A stretch of DNA of 64,000 bases from Narcine bancroftii (Eukaryota): positions 263,934,001 through 263,998,000 of the forward strand of contig NC_091471.1 in NCBI RefSeq assembly GCF_036971445.1. Reading direction: 5' to 3'. A model generated the notes under the pieces. The model saw only the letters and a program-made list of their open reading frames with translations. It was not told the origin of the DNA and searched no databases. Shown in pieces: positions 1 to 12,180 of the stretch (positions are counted from its first letter, which is position 1; each line of letters opens with the position of its first letter). The translations under genes and the position numbers were made by a program.

Positions 1-1178
1 TCCATAAGATCGTTTTTGCTGTATTGAACTCCTTCCTCTTCTTCAGGAGTTCAAAATTTATGTCTGGATAGAAAATAATTTTTTGACCTTTGTATTCCAG
101 TGGCTTTTTGTCTTCTCTTATTTTCTTCATTGCTTTCTCCAATATATTTTCTCTTGTTGTATATCTTAAGAATTTTACTAGAATGGATCTTGGTTTTTGT
201 TGTGGTTGTGGTTTAGGGGCTAATGTTCTGTGTTCTTTCTATTTCCATTTCTTCCTGTAGTTCTGGTCTTCCTAGGACCCTGGGGATCCAATCTTTTATA
301 AATTCTCTCATATTCTTGCCTTCTTCATCTTCCTTAAGGCCCACTATCTTTATATTATTTCTTCTATTATAGTTTTCCATTATATCTATCTTCTGAGCTA
401 ACAGCTCCTGTATCTCTTTAACTTTTTTATTAGATTCTTCTAATTTCTCTTTTAAGTCCTATTTCCATTTCTACGATTATTTCTCATTTTTCCAAATTAT
501 CCACTCTTTTTCCTATCTCTGATATGACCATTTCTATTTTATTCATTTTTTCTTCTGCATTCTTAATTCTTCTTTTTATCTCATTAAATTCTTGTAATTG
601 CCATTCTTTCACTGATTCCATATATTCTTTAAAAAAAAATATATCCATTGTCTTGCCTTTCTCTTCTTCTTCCATTTCTTTCTGTTCTTCTTCTTCTTCT
701 TCCTCCTATGGGTTGACCATCTGTTGTTTTCTTGTTTTCTTTTTACCCTCTTCTTTTTTGTTGTCGTTATTTTCTGTGTTCTGCACCTGCTGCTGTGTTG
801 CAGGTGTCTCTCTCAGCTGTGGAGATCGCAAGGAGTCGCCCATGTGCGGTTGCGCACTTTTGCTTGGCTCTGTGAGCCATTTTTGTAGTCCCGAGCCCGG
901 GACTTCCACTGACCTGAGGGAGCGGGCTTCTCTCTCCGCGGCGGGCCTCCTCGGACAGGTTAAGGCCTTCACCTTCTTCTTCCGACATTCTTTCTTCTTC
1001 TCTTCTTCCCGTTGTTTTCGACTTTTCTCTCTTCGCTGCCATTTTCTTCTCACTTTTATTTTTACTTCGTTTTAAATTTTAATCTTGTACCTTTCTGTTT
1101 TGTGGGGCTTTTTTTTAACTTTTCCGGATAGGGCTGGAATTCCATGACCGGCCACTACTCCATCACGTGACTCCTCCC
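1..1178 (-). mobile_element. L1-clade LINE copy A: 5'UTR and frameshifted ORF1, running off the window's left edge; inserted into ORF2 of copy B
   Basis: 5' terminus GGGAGGAGTCACGTGATGGAGTAGTGGCCGG is shared with the copies at 6145 and 27799. ORF1 fragments (767-1042 MAAKREKSK..., 484-675) match the intact ORF1 at 27932. The sequence right of 1178 is L1 ORF2. Confidence 0.9.
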
Positions 1179-4100
1179 AATTTGTCCTTCAAGTATGATT
1201 TCAGTTGGTAGTATGCCAACACTGTATCGTGAGTTATATTATATTTATCCTTCATTTGTTTAAAGGATAATAATTTATTTCCCGAAAAGCAATTTCTCCC
1301 ATTCTCTAAAGGAAAGGTTATCTATTGTAAAAGGGATTAGCTAATTTTGCGTCAGTATTAGTTTTGGTAGTTGGTAATTTGTTTTATTCCTTTCTACATG
1401 AATCTTCTTCCAAATATTGAGCAGATGATGTAATACTGGAGAATTCCTACGTTGTACCAATTTTTCATCCCATTTATATTGTATATGTTCAGGTATCTTC
1501 TCCTCTATTTTATCTAGTTCTAATCTAGTCCAATCTGGCTTTTCCCTTGTTTGATAAAAATCTGATAGGTATCTTAATTGTGCGGCTCTATAATTATTTT
1601 TAAAGTTTGGCAGTTGTAAGCCTCCTTGTATATACCATTCTGTTAATTTATCTAGTGCTATCCTCGGTTTCCCCCCTTTCCATAAAAATTTCCTTATTAT
1701 TTTCTTTAACTCCTTGAAGAATTTCTCTGTCAAGTGTATTGGCAATGCCTGAAATAGGTATTGTATCCTTGGGAAAATGTTCATTTTAATACAGTTTATC
1801 CTTCCTATTAGTGTTAGTGGTAAGTCTTTCCAATGCTCTAAGTCGTCCTGTAATTTTTTCATAAGTGGATAATAAATGAGTTGATATAGATGGCCGAGGT
1901 TTTTATTTATTTGTATACCTAGGTATCGCATTACTTGCATTTGCCATCTGAATGGTGATTCTTTCTTAAATTTTGAGAAATCCGCATTATTCATTGGCAT
2001 TGCTTCACTTTTATTTGCGTTAATCTTGTATCCCGACACTTCTCCATATTCCTTCAATTTCTTATGTAATTCTTTTATTGATATTTCTGGTTCTGTTAAG
2101 TATACTATAACGTCATCTGCAAATAAACTGATTTTATATTCCTTGTCTTTTATTTGTATCCCTTTTATTTTATTTTCTGTTCTTATCAGTTCTGCTAGTG
2201 GTTCTATGGCTAACCCGGACAATAAGGGTGTTAGTGGGCATCCCTGCCTTGTTGATCTGCTTGAGTTAAATTGTTTTGATATATATCCATTTACTGTCAC
2301 TTTCACCAATGGCCCGTTATATAATGCTTTAATCCAACTAATATATTTCTCTGGTAAGCTGAATTTTTGTAGTACTTTGAATAAATAATTCCATTCTACT
2401 CTGTCAAAGGCCTTCTCTGCGTCTCAAGCAACCGCTACTAAATTTACAAATATTGTCTATTGTTTGTCTTTTTTTAATAAATCCAGTTTGGTCTAGATTT
2501 ACTATTTTTGGTACTTAGTCGGCTAATCTGTTTGCTAATAGTTTAGCTATTATCTTATAATCTGTGTTAAGTAAAGATATTGGTCTATATGACGCTGGTG
2601 CGAGTGGATCTTTAACTTGCTTTGGTATTACTGTAATTATTGCTGTTTTGCATGAATCTGGTAAGCTTTGTGTTTTATCAATCTGGTTGATTACTTCCAG
2701 GAGGGGAGGAATTAATAAATCTTTAAATGTTTTATAGAATTCTATTGGGAATCCATCCTCTCCTGGTGTTTTATTATTTGGTAATTTTTTTATTATCTCT
2801 TGTATTTCTACTATTTCAAATGGTTCTGTTAATTTATTTTGTTCCTCTATTTGTAATTTTGGTAGTTCAATTTTAGTTAAAAATTCATCTATTTTGTCTT
2901 CTTTCCCTTCGTTTTCAGTTTGGTATAATTGTTCATAGAATACTCTAAAGTTTTTATTGATCTCCGTTGGATTATATGTGATTTGTTTGTCTTTTTTCCT
3001 TGATGCCAATACCATTTTCTTAGCTTGTTCTGTCTTAAGCTGCCACGCTAGAATTTTGTGCGTTTTTTCTCCTAGTTCATAATATTTCTGTTTTGTCTTC
3101 ATTATGTTCTTCTCCACCTTATATGTTTGTAGTGTTTCATATTTTATTTTTTTATCTGCCAATTCTCTTCTTTTAGTTGTGTCTTCCTTCATTGCTAATT
3201 CTTTTTCTATGTTTGCTATTTCCCTTTCCAACTGCTCTGTTTCCTAATTGTAGTCCTTCTTCATCTTGGTTACATAACTTATTATTTGCCCTCTGATCAA
3301 TGCTTTCATTGCATCCCATAGTATAAACTTATCTTTCACTGATTCCGTATTTATTTCAAAGTATATTTTAATTTGTCTTTCAATTAATTCTCTAAAATCC
3401 TGTCTTTTAAGTAGCATGGAGTTTAATCTCCATCTATACATTCTTGGAGAGATGTCCTCTAACTCTATTGTCAATATCAGGGGTGAGTGGTCCGATAATA
3501 TTCTAGCTTTATATTCTGTTTTTCTTACGTTATCTTGCATACGAGCTGATAACAGAAATAGGTCTATTCTTGAGTACGTTTTATGTCTACCCGAATAATA
3601 TGAATATTCCTTTTCCTTTGGGTCTTGTTTCCTCCATATATCCAAAAGTTGCATTTCTTGCATCGATTTAATTATAAATTTGGTTACTTTGTTCTTTCTG
3701 TTAATTTTTTTCCCAGTTTTATCTATGTTTGAATCCAAATTAAGGTTGAAATCCCCTCCTATTTGTATGTTCCCTTGCGGTGGTCTGCTATCTTCAAAAA
3801 AATATCTTGCATAAATTTTTGATCTTCTTAGTTAGGTGAATATACATTGAGTAAGTTCCAAAACTCCGAATATATCTGACATTTTATCATTACATATCTC
3901 CCTGCTGGATCTATTATTTCCTCTTCTATTTTAATTGGTACATTTTTACTGATTAATATAGCTACTCCTCTAGCTTTTGAATTATATGACGCTGCTGTTA
4001 CATGTCTTATCCAATCTCTCTTTAATTTCTTGTGCTCCACTTCAGTTAAGTGTGTTTCTTGCACGAATGCTATATCATTTTTTTCTTTTTTCAGTTAAAT

Positions 4101-6145
4101 TTAGCAGTTTCTTCCCTTTGATTTGGTTATGTATTCCATTAATATTTAAAGTCATATAGTTCAACATAGCCATTTCATACTTTGTTTATCTTCCCTTTCC
4201 GTTTCTCCATCATCACCTTTCCTTCTTATCCATTTCTGCTTTCTTTTTTTGAACACTTTATAAGACAACATTTCTCAAATATAAAACATTTCCCTTATTC
4301 TCTTATCTAAAATTTCTTTAACCCCCACTATCCCCTCCCATTCCTGAGTTGCCCTTTATCCCTTGTCGGGCAACCACATCTCCCCACTCCATTTGGATTT
4401 GCAAATTCACTCGCAAGTGTCAACTGATTTCGCAGTGACCATAACTCTTCCCCACCCAGCCCCCTCAGAAAATATTTTAATTTTCATATACAACAAAGGT
4501 CACTCTCTTAATTCCCCCCATATTTCCTTTCTTCCCTTTTTTTCCCTTCTTAGTTCTTACCTATATTCTATTTTTTCTTATATATACATTCACACATACA
4601 CATACACACACACACATATATATATATCTACATACACACATACATATAGTTTGTGGTCATTTTTGTTCTCGTTACATATCTTCCTCTCTCTGTCTGTTTT
4701 GTAGTTGTTCTGCAAATTTTCTTGCTTCCTCCGGATCGATAAATAGTCTGTTTTGCTGCCCTGGAATAACTATTTTAAGTACCGCTGGATACTTTAGCAT
4801 AAATTTATATCCTTTCTTCCATAGGATCGTTTTTGCTGCATTAAACTCCTTCCTCTTCTTCAGGAGTTCAAAACTTATATCTGGATAGAAAAAAAAATTT
4901 TGACCTTTGTATTCCAGTGGTTTTTTGTCTTCTCTTATGTTCCTCATTGCTTTCTCCAATATATTTTCTCTTGTTGTATATCTTAAGAATTTTACTAGAA
5001 TGGATCTTGGTTTTTGTTGTGGTTGTGGTTTAGGGGCTAATGTTCTGTGTGCCCTTTCTATTTCCATTTCTTCCTGTAGTTCTGGTCTTCCTAGGACCCT
5101 GGGATTCCATTCTTTTATAAATTCTCTCATATTCTTGCCTTCTTCATCTTCCTTAAGGCCCACTATCTTTATATTGTTTCTTCTAGTATAATTTTCCATT
5201 ATATCTATCTTCTGAGCTAACAGCTCTTGTGTCTCTTTTAACTTTTTTTATCAGATTCTTCTAATTTTTAAAAAAAGTCATCTACTTCCATTTCTACGGC
5301 TGTTTCTCGTTCTTCCACCTTGTCCACTCTTTTTCCTATATCTGACATGATCATCTCTAATCTATTCATTTTTTTCTTCTGTACTTTTTACTCTTCTTTT
5401 TATTTCACTGAATTCTTGTGATTGCCATTCTTTTACTGATTCCATTTATTCTTTAAAAAAAAATATCCATTGTCTTGCCCTTCCCTTCATCTTCCATTTC
5501 TCTGTGTTCTTCCTCTTCTTCTTCTGAGTCCACTCCAGGATCTGTGTCCTTTACCTCTGTCTCTTCTGGTTTTCTTGTTGGTTTGTTTGTTTTATTTTGT
5601 TGGGTATTTTTGGTCTTCTTATTTTTATTAGAAGTGTCTTGCTGCTGGTCTTCTTCCTCTGGGTTGGTCATCTGTTGTTTCTTTAATTTCTTTTTACTCT
5701 CTTCTTTCTTGCTCTCGTTATTTTCTGTGTTTTCCTCTTGTTGTTGTGTTGTGGCTGTCATTCTCAGCTGTGGAGATCGACTCCTCAGCTGGTCCCCCCC
5801 TCCCGTCAGTGTTATTTTTGTCTTGCGCGGTTGCGCACTTTTGCTTGGCTCTGTGAGCCATTTTTGTAGTCCCGAGTTCGGGGACTTCAACTGACCTTAG
5901 GGAGCGGGCTTCTCTCTCCGCAGCGGGCCTCCTCGGACAGGTAAGGCCTTCACCTTCTTCTTCCGACGTCCTTTCTTCTTCTCTTCTTCCTGTTGCTTTT
6001 GACTTTTCTTTTTTCGCTGCCATTTTCTCCACACCTTTATTTTCACTTCTGTTTGTGCCTTCGTTTTTTCACTGTCTTTATTTTACTTTTCTGGAGAGGG
6101 CTGGAGTTCCCTGACCGGCCACTACTCCATCACGTGACTCCTCCC
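1179..6145 (-). mobile_element. L1-clade LINE copy B: 5'UTR, ORF1 (ATG 6023, end 4672), inter-ORF spacer and ORF2 (ATG 4173; APE + RT), decayed by frameshifts and stops
   Basis: ORF1 motifs RRNNIKIVGL, EIERAHR, PDIS; APE motifs QETHL, YSRIDLFLLS, SDH; RT motifs PGEDGFP, YRPISLLN, RQGCPL, LFADD. All lie in broken ORFs in colinear order. Confidence 0.95.
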
Positions 6146-6179
6146 TTTTTCACCATTGACTCATCCTGGAGGTTAACCT

Positions 6180-7290
6180 AAAAACACAATGCTAAAGAAA
6201 CTCAGGAGGTCAAACAGTATCCTTTATATAGCAAAGGTAAAAACATATAACCAACGTTCAGGCTTGAATCAAGGTATGTAAAAATGTCGGCAGGCATCTG
6301 AATAAAAGAGTGATGTGGGGGGTGGTGGAGGCTTGAGGCAAGGCAGGTAACAAGTGGGGAAGTGAGGGAGGGAGATAGCAGCAATCAAGGGGAGGAGGGA
6401 TGGCTAGGCGAATAGAGAGGAAAACGGGGAGAATGAGAACAGATTAGCAGAAACTGGAAAAGTCGATGTTACTGCATTTGGCTGGACAGTGCTCAGATGA
6501 AAAAAATCAAGGTTTTGTTCGTCCAATTTGCTGGTGGTTTTGGTGCGATAGTATACAGGGCCATGGATGTAGAGAAGACCACAAAGGGAGCACCAGATGC
6601 AGCAAATCAAGGCACAAAGGGAGCATTGGAAGTAGTAAATCAAGAGTGGCTGCAGGACATGCCACTCTTGCACCCACACCTCCTCTCTCACAACAGTCTG
6701 GGGCCCCAAACAGGCCTTTCAAGCAAAGCAACACTTCACTTGTGTATTTTTTTCCCTCGCAGTCTGGGAGATCGCTTTGCTGAGCACCAGTGAGTGAGAC
6801 TTCCCAGTAGTGAACCATTTCAGTTCTGTGTCACACTCCCATACTCACATGTCTGTCCATGGCCTTGGTCTACCAAGACCACCCATAAATTGGAGGAACA
6901 ACACCTGATTTTCCATCTGGGCACTCTCTAGCCAGAAGGCATCAACATTGACTTTTCTGATTTCTGCTAACTTCTCCTCTCTCCCCCTCCTTCCACTTCC
7001 AGCTCTCCTTCCCTTCCCTCTCTATTCACCTAGCCATCCTCCTCCCCTTGCTTGATGCTGTGTCCTCCCTCATTTCTCCACCTATTAATTCCTGCCTTTG
7101 CAACCACACCTCCCCACCCCCCCCCTCAACTCTTGTTATTCAGATGCCTGCTGACATTTTTCAAGACGAAATGTCAGCCATTTATTTTTACCTTTTCTAG
7201 ATAAAGGACATTGTTTGACCTGCTGAGTTTCTCCAGCATTGTGTTTTTACTTCAACCACAGTGTCTACAGATTTTCATGTTTTTCTTCAG
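6180..7290. mobile_element. Penelope-like element remnant (GIY-YIG region) arranged as two oppositely oriented halves
   Basis: Degenerate GIY-YIG peptides on both strands (LICCIWCSLCGLLYI on -; RSLGDRFAEH on +). The pLTR end motif ...TTTGACCTGCTGAGTTTCTCCAGCATTGTG occurs at ~7215 (+) and its complement at ~6190. Confidence 0.75.
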
Positions 7291-7850
7291 GGTACCATGC
7301 ATGAGAAATCTCAAGTCCCTTTGCACCTCAGAATTTTGAATTTTATCCCCATTTAAATATTAGTCTGCCCATCTATTTCTCTTTTTTAGACATACAGCAC
7401 GGTAACAGACCCTTACAGCCCACGAGCCTGGGCTACCAATTGACCTACAAGCATGGGGAGTATGCACTAAACCCCTTACAGACAGCTCCGGGTCACTGGC
7501 GTTGTAACAGCATTGTGCTAACTGTGCTGCCCAAAGTGCATGATTGTACATTTTCCAATATTCTATTTCATCTGCCACCTCTTTGCCAATTCTCCTAATC
7601 TATCCAAGTCTCTCTGCAGCCTTTCCGTATCCTCAGCACCACCCGCCTACCATCTATTTTGGTATCATCTGCAAATTTAGCCACCACAAAGCATCTATAC
7701 CATATATCCAAAACATTTATATACAACGTAAAAAGAAGGGCCCAACGTTAATCCTTGCAGAACACCACAAGTAATCAGCAGCCAACCAGATCATTCTTAT
7801 TCTTCGTTTCCTGCCTGAACAGTCAATGCTCCACCTATGTAATTATGATA
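7290..7850 (-). mobile_element. CR1-type LINE RT remnant interrupted by a tRNA-derived SINE (~7385-7540)
   Basis: The reverse strand reads ...KFADDTKID...EDTERLQRDLDRL..., similar to the CR1 at 14777. The SINE body matches the copies at 13790, 19040 and 60790. Confidence 0.6.
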
Positions 7851-8691
7851 AAACATGTAGACTAGCACTTGAATATAGGCATCAAAGGATACATACCTCA
7901 TCTGGGCAATGGATTATTGTAGAGGAGAAATGGGGTCAGCATGGAATGATGGACTAAATCTATGTTGTATGATTCTTTGACTATATCTGGAACTGAAAAT
8001 TTCAAATGAATTAATATACTACCATTACAAAAACAATACAATAAATTGAGTGACAGACACAATCCTAGTTTTAATTTTCATTGTGAGCCATGTAGAAAAA
8101 GAAATTGAAAACACAATTTCCTTCATTTTCAACATACACAGAATCTTTGACAGGGACGAAGAGGATACCATACGGAATTCTGCTTCAAAGAGAATCTGCC
8201 CTACATGAGCAGAAATATTGAGCACCTACAGTGAGACAGAATTTCACCAAATACTGAGGCAAATCAAACATACTAACTAATCCCTGACTGAGATCAGCCA
8301 CTGCTGGAGAAAGTAAATCTTTGTTTGAAAAATGTACTCGAGTTTTATTGAAATGCATGTACTAAACATTGTCCAACCCATACTTACTGCTTTACTGAGA
8401 TCGTGAGGTAAATAAGCCCAGAAAGGGTTGACTGGATACAGTAATCTTTTGCATTTCCATGCATCTTTTCAGACAGCACGTGGACCATCCCATACTCAGA
8501 CAGCACCTGCATTTTCATGGCAAAATACATTACAGTGGCAGATCCAAACATACCAAGAACAAATGGTGCCCGACAGTTTAACCCAGGCCCAGAACTTGAT
8601 CAACTGCTGGAAAAACACAAAGTTACACGATGTTACCCTTCATACGAAAGAACGAAATTTCAAGTTCAATGAAGGAAAAGAGGGTCACGGA

Positions 8692-9790
8692 CTGGGGTGG
8701 GGGGGGGCGAGGAGAGAGGGGGGGGGCGGGGGGGCGAGGGAGAGGGGGGGCGGACGGGGAGCGGGGAGAGGGGGGGGGGGGAGGGAGAGGGGGGGCGGGC
8801 GGGCGAGGGGAGAGGGGGGCGGGCGGGGCGAGGGGAGAGGGGGGCGGGCGGGCGAGGGTAGAGGGGGGGCGGGCGGGCGAGGGGAGAGGGGGGGCGGGCG
8901 GGCGAGGGGAGAGGGGGGGCGGCGGGCGAGGGAGAGGGGGGGCGGGCGGGCGAGGGGAGAGGGGGGCGGGCGGGCGAGGGGAGAGGGGGGGCGGGCGGGC
9001 GAGGGAGAGGGGGGCGGGCGGGCGAGGGGAGAGGGGGGGCGGAGCGGGCGAGGGAGAGGGGGGGCGGGCGGGTGAGGGAGAGGGGGGGCGGGCGGGCGAG
9101 GGGAGAGGGGGGGCGGGCGGGCGAGGGGAGAGGGGGGTGCGGGCGGGCGAGGGGAGAGGGGGGCGGGCGGGCGAGGGGAGAGGGGGGGCGGGCGGGCGGG
9201 CGGGCGAGGGGAGAGGGCGGACGGGCGAGGGGAGAGGGGCGGACGGGGTGGGGGGTGAGGAGAGAGGGGGCGGACGGGGTGGGGGCGGACGGGGTGGGGG
9301 GCGGACGGGGTGGGGGGCGGACGGGGGTGGGGGGCGGACGGGGTGGGGGGCGGACGGGGTGGGGGGCGGACGGGGTGGGGGGCGGACGGGGTGGGGGGCG
9401 GACGGGTTGGGGGGCGGACGGGGTGGGGGGCGGACGGGGTGGGGGGCGGACGGGGGTGGGGGGGCGGACGGGGTGGGGGGGCGGACGGGGTGGGGGGCGG
9501 ACGGGGTGGGGGCGGACGGGGTGTGGGGCGAGGAGAGAGGGGGCGGGCGGGGGGGGCGGGGTGAGCACTGAGGGGCGGGCGGGGTGGGGGGGCGGGGTGA
9601 GCACTGAGGGGCGGGCGGGGGGGGGCGGGGTGAGCACTGAGGGGCGGGCGGGGGGGGGCGGGGTGAGCACTGAGGGGCGGGCGGGGGGGCGGGGTGAGCA
9701 CTGAGGGGCGGGCGGGGGGGGCGGGGTGAGCACTGAGGGGCGGGCGGGGGGGCGGGGTGAGCACTGAGGGGCGGACCGGGGGGGGTGAGC
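8692..9790 (+). repeat. G-rich compound minisatellite of three blocks: (GGGCGGGCGGGCGAGGGGAGAGGG)n, (GGCGGACGGGGTGGGG)n and (GGGGTGAGCACTGAGGGGCGGGCGGGGGGGC)n
   Basis: Tandem units are directly visible, with extreme G skew on +. The long Gly/Arg and Pro ORFs in the track are by-products of this repeat. Confidence 0.95.
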
Positions 9791-9847
9791 ATTTTGGGGT
9801 GGGGGGTGGTGGGTTTCTGTCCCCTCTGCCAGCCCCGCGTTGCTGAC

Positions 9848-9895
9848 CTGAGGGAGCTGCAGTGCGACCAGCAGCAGCCGCGCTCCCAGCGCCAT
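9848..9895 (-). CDS. SPPL2B: Signal peptide peptidase-like 2B, coding exon 1 (signal peptide [16 protein letters not shown]); remaining exons lie left of the window
   Basis: Kozak context AAGATGG, 16 mostly hydrophobic codons ending CAG|gtcagc (phase 0, as in human SPPL2B exon 1 ...LLAAQ|V), and head-to-head with LSM7 as at human 19p13.3. The identity rests mainly on synteny. Confidence 0.7.
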
Positions 9896-10097
9896 CTTCC
9901 AGGCCGATCGGCAGCGCATTCGGGCCTCGCCTCCAGCCGTTCGACAGCAGCGACAAGGCGGCCCACCCCTTTACATCGTAACCTGCCGGCCGCCCAGTCC
10001 GAGCGCGGCGACGGGACGCCGAGAAGCGGTTACCGGAAGTCCGCGCGCCGGCGGGGTTGAAGGTCGCCGGGATTAAAGGTCGCAGGTGGCCGGCGCG

Positions 10098-10103
10098 ATG
10101 GCG
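10098..10103 (+). CDS. LSM7: LSM7 coding exon 1 (MA)
   Basis: GCGATGGCG|gtgagt; joins exon 2 in frame. Confidence 0.93.
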
Positions 10104-10321
10104 GTGAGTTGTGTTGGGCCCGTCCCTTGGCGGGCTTTGACCTTCATCTTGTGTCCTGCCGTTCTTGGCTCGCGTATTCGGGTGGCTGCGGCTCCCGGAG
10201 GGATGGATCCCCCCGGATCAGTGGTGTCGCCGCTGCCCCGCGGATCTGCAGGGTCTCAGCAGCTCGGCCTTGTTTGATTATTTCGCCTTTTCTGATATTT
10301 CTTCTGCATCTTTAAACGCAG

Positions 10322-10412
10322 GACAAGGAGAAGAAGAAGAAAGAGAGTATTCTCGACCTTTCTAAGTACATAGACAAAACAATCCGTGTGAAATTTCAAG
10401 GGGGGCGAGAAG
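10322..10412 (+). CDS. LSM7: LSM7 exon 2 (DKEKKKKESILDLSKYIDKTIRVKFQGGRE)
   Basis: cgcag|GAC...GAAG|gtatgg; 91 nt; matches the vertebrate LSM7 peptide. Confidence 0.97.
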
Positions 10413-10849
10413 GTATGGATTGATAATTTGCTCGTGTATGACTTTTGGATGAATGGCTTGATGTGATGTACTTTGAACTTGTTCTGCAAGTTCTTAGTCA
10501 GTTGCAAGGAGTTTGTTGGGGGCTCGGGCTCACATATGTTTGTGTGGATAGAGGATTAGCGAACCAATAACCAGGGAGAGTGTTACTCTGGTTGGTAATT
10601 AGTGGTGAGTGGAAACGCCAGGGATCAGTGGAAGACAGGGTGAGGGGGGGGCTCGTAACTTTGGGGAGGACACGAAGATTAGTGGGGTTGTGGATGGTCT
10701 GGAGCAGGGGTGGGGCAATTTTTTTAAATGTAGACATACAGCCATTTCGGCCCACGAGTCAGTTCCGCCCAATGAACCTACATCTCCTTCCCCCCCCCCC
10801 CCCCCCCCCCCCCGTAGTACTCGTGGTAAAAAGGTTGCCTACCCCTGTT

Positions 10850-11350
10850 GTCGGTTATGGAGGAACATTGATAGGATGCAGTGCTGGGCTGAGAAGTGAC
10901 AGATGGAGTTTAACCTAGAAAAGTGTCTAGTGGTTTATTTCAGTAAGTAATAGGAGCAGTGTGGAGGAACTGAGAAATATTGGGGTCTGCGTCCGTAGAA
11001 CACTTAGTGTGGTTAAAAAGGTGTTGGCCTTCAGCTCAAGAGCCATGAGGTAATGTTGCAGCTATATGACTCCTTAGTTACACCCCACTATGAATATTGG
11101 GTTCAGTTCTAGTCAACTCACTATAGAGAAGGTGCAGAGGAGATTTACAAGGATGCAGCCCAGATTGAGCATTGATTGTGTGAATGGCCAGAGGCATTTT
11201 TCCAGGGCTGAAATGGGTAACACTAGGAGCACGGTTTTAAAGTGCTAGGAGCAAGTATGTGGGGATGTAAATGTTTTTCAGAGTGGTGGATTCATGGAAT
11301 GTGCTGCCACAATGGTGGTGAGGGATGTACCATGGGATAATTTAAGAAAC
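10850..11350 (+). mobile_element. Degenerate CR1 3' fragment in LSM7 intron 2
   Basis: Similar to 14950-15650 (GGGCTGAGAAGT..CAGATGGAGTTTAA, GTTCAGTTCT.GTC, GTGCAGAGGAGATTTACAAGGATG). Confidence 0.7.
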
Positions 11351-11599
11351 TCTTCTCATGAAACTGAGAATGCAAGTTTTAAAATGTTTCATAACTCCAA
11401 AGGAAATGGGCCAATGACAATTTTTCTCAAGCCAAATATTTCAGTCACAATTGGGTAGAGAGCAACGATTCTCAACCTTCCCATCCAACTCACACACCAC
11501 TTTAAGCAATCCCTTACTAATCACAGAACACTGATGGCATAGGGATTACTTAAAGTGGTATATGAGTGGAAAGAAAAAGGTTGAGAACCACTGATTTAC

Positions 11600-12180
11600 T
11601 ACATCCAGTTTTCCCGTTGTGGTCTCTTCTACATTGGATAGACTGGAAGATCGCTCTGTTGAGCACTTTGGCTCTGTCTTCTGCAATAGCATGGATCTCC
11701 CAGTGGCCTCCCATTTCAATTCCCCATCCCATTTCCTTGCTTACCTGATCTCGTACACTGACACCACCTGCAAATTGGAGGAACAATGCCTCGTCTTCCA
11801 ACTGGGCACCGTCCAACTGGATGGCATTATTTTCGACTTCTAGCTTTTGTTGAAATCCGCCCCCCCCTCACTTCTTCCCATATTGCCTTCGCCCAGCTCT
11901 GTCTCTCCTTTCCCTGTCTCCTTTTGCACTAACATGATAAATTCTTACCTTGTCCCTTATCCTATTCAATTAGCACCTTTTGTAGTCTGGATTCCTCCCC
12001 CAACAAGCAGTTGTCTGAATTCTGAGATCTCCTGCTTCTGGCTCATTCTCCTTATTCCTTGAAGAAGGGCTGAGGCCTGAAACATTGGCAATATATCTTT
12101 GCTTTTTATTGATGCTCCAGCATTTCAGTGTATTTTTAACCACAATCACAGCTTCTGCAGACTTTTATGTTTCACTCAGA
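11600..12180 (+). mobile_element. Penelope-like remnant (GIY-YIG region and pLTR with a hammerhead-like core at ~12057)
   Basis: Peptide-like ...RLEDRSVEH..., CKLEEQCLVFQLGTVQLDG; 3' motif CCTTGAAGAAGGGCTGAGGCCTGAAACATTGG. Confidence 0.7.

Larger units (their letters stand above)
9820..10260. promoter_or_regulatory. Bidirectional CpG-island promoter for SPPL2B and LSM7
   Basis: CpG-dense; the two ATGs are 203 bp apart; ETS/GABP motif CCGGAAGT at 10033-10040; YY1-like AAGATGGCG overlaps the SPPL2B start. Confidence 0.85.

Noticed and set aside
524-1075. Antisense Ser/Phe-rich ORFs over L1 ORF1 (also 5475-5894 and 27805-28536)
   Set aside because: These are shadow frames of purine-rich Glu/Lys codons, with no independent evidence of an ORF0-like product.
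9550-9790. Regularly spaced GGGGTGAGCACTGAGGGG units resembling a CRISPR array
   Set aside because: The spacers are not unique, there are no cas genes, and the context is a vertebrate intron; this is a minisatellite.
8138-9895. SELENOF or TMEM161A as the identity of the - strand gene
   Set aside because: No matching downstream peptide; exon phase and head-to-head linkage with LSM7 favour SPPL2B.
8428-9966. Long Pro-rich and Gly/Arg-rich ORFs (up to 447 aa) in several frames
   Set aside because: They are artefacts of a stop-free G-rich tandem repeat and are open on both strands.
10705-10847. Small hAT-like element (CAGGGGTGGGGCAA...TTGCCTACCCCTG)
   Set aside because: The TIRs are imperfect, no 8-bp TSD is visible and the interior is SINE scrap plus poly-C, so it was not listed as a feature.
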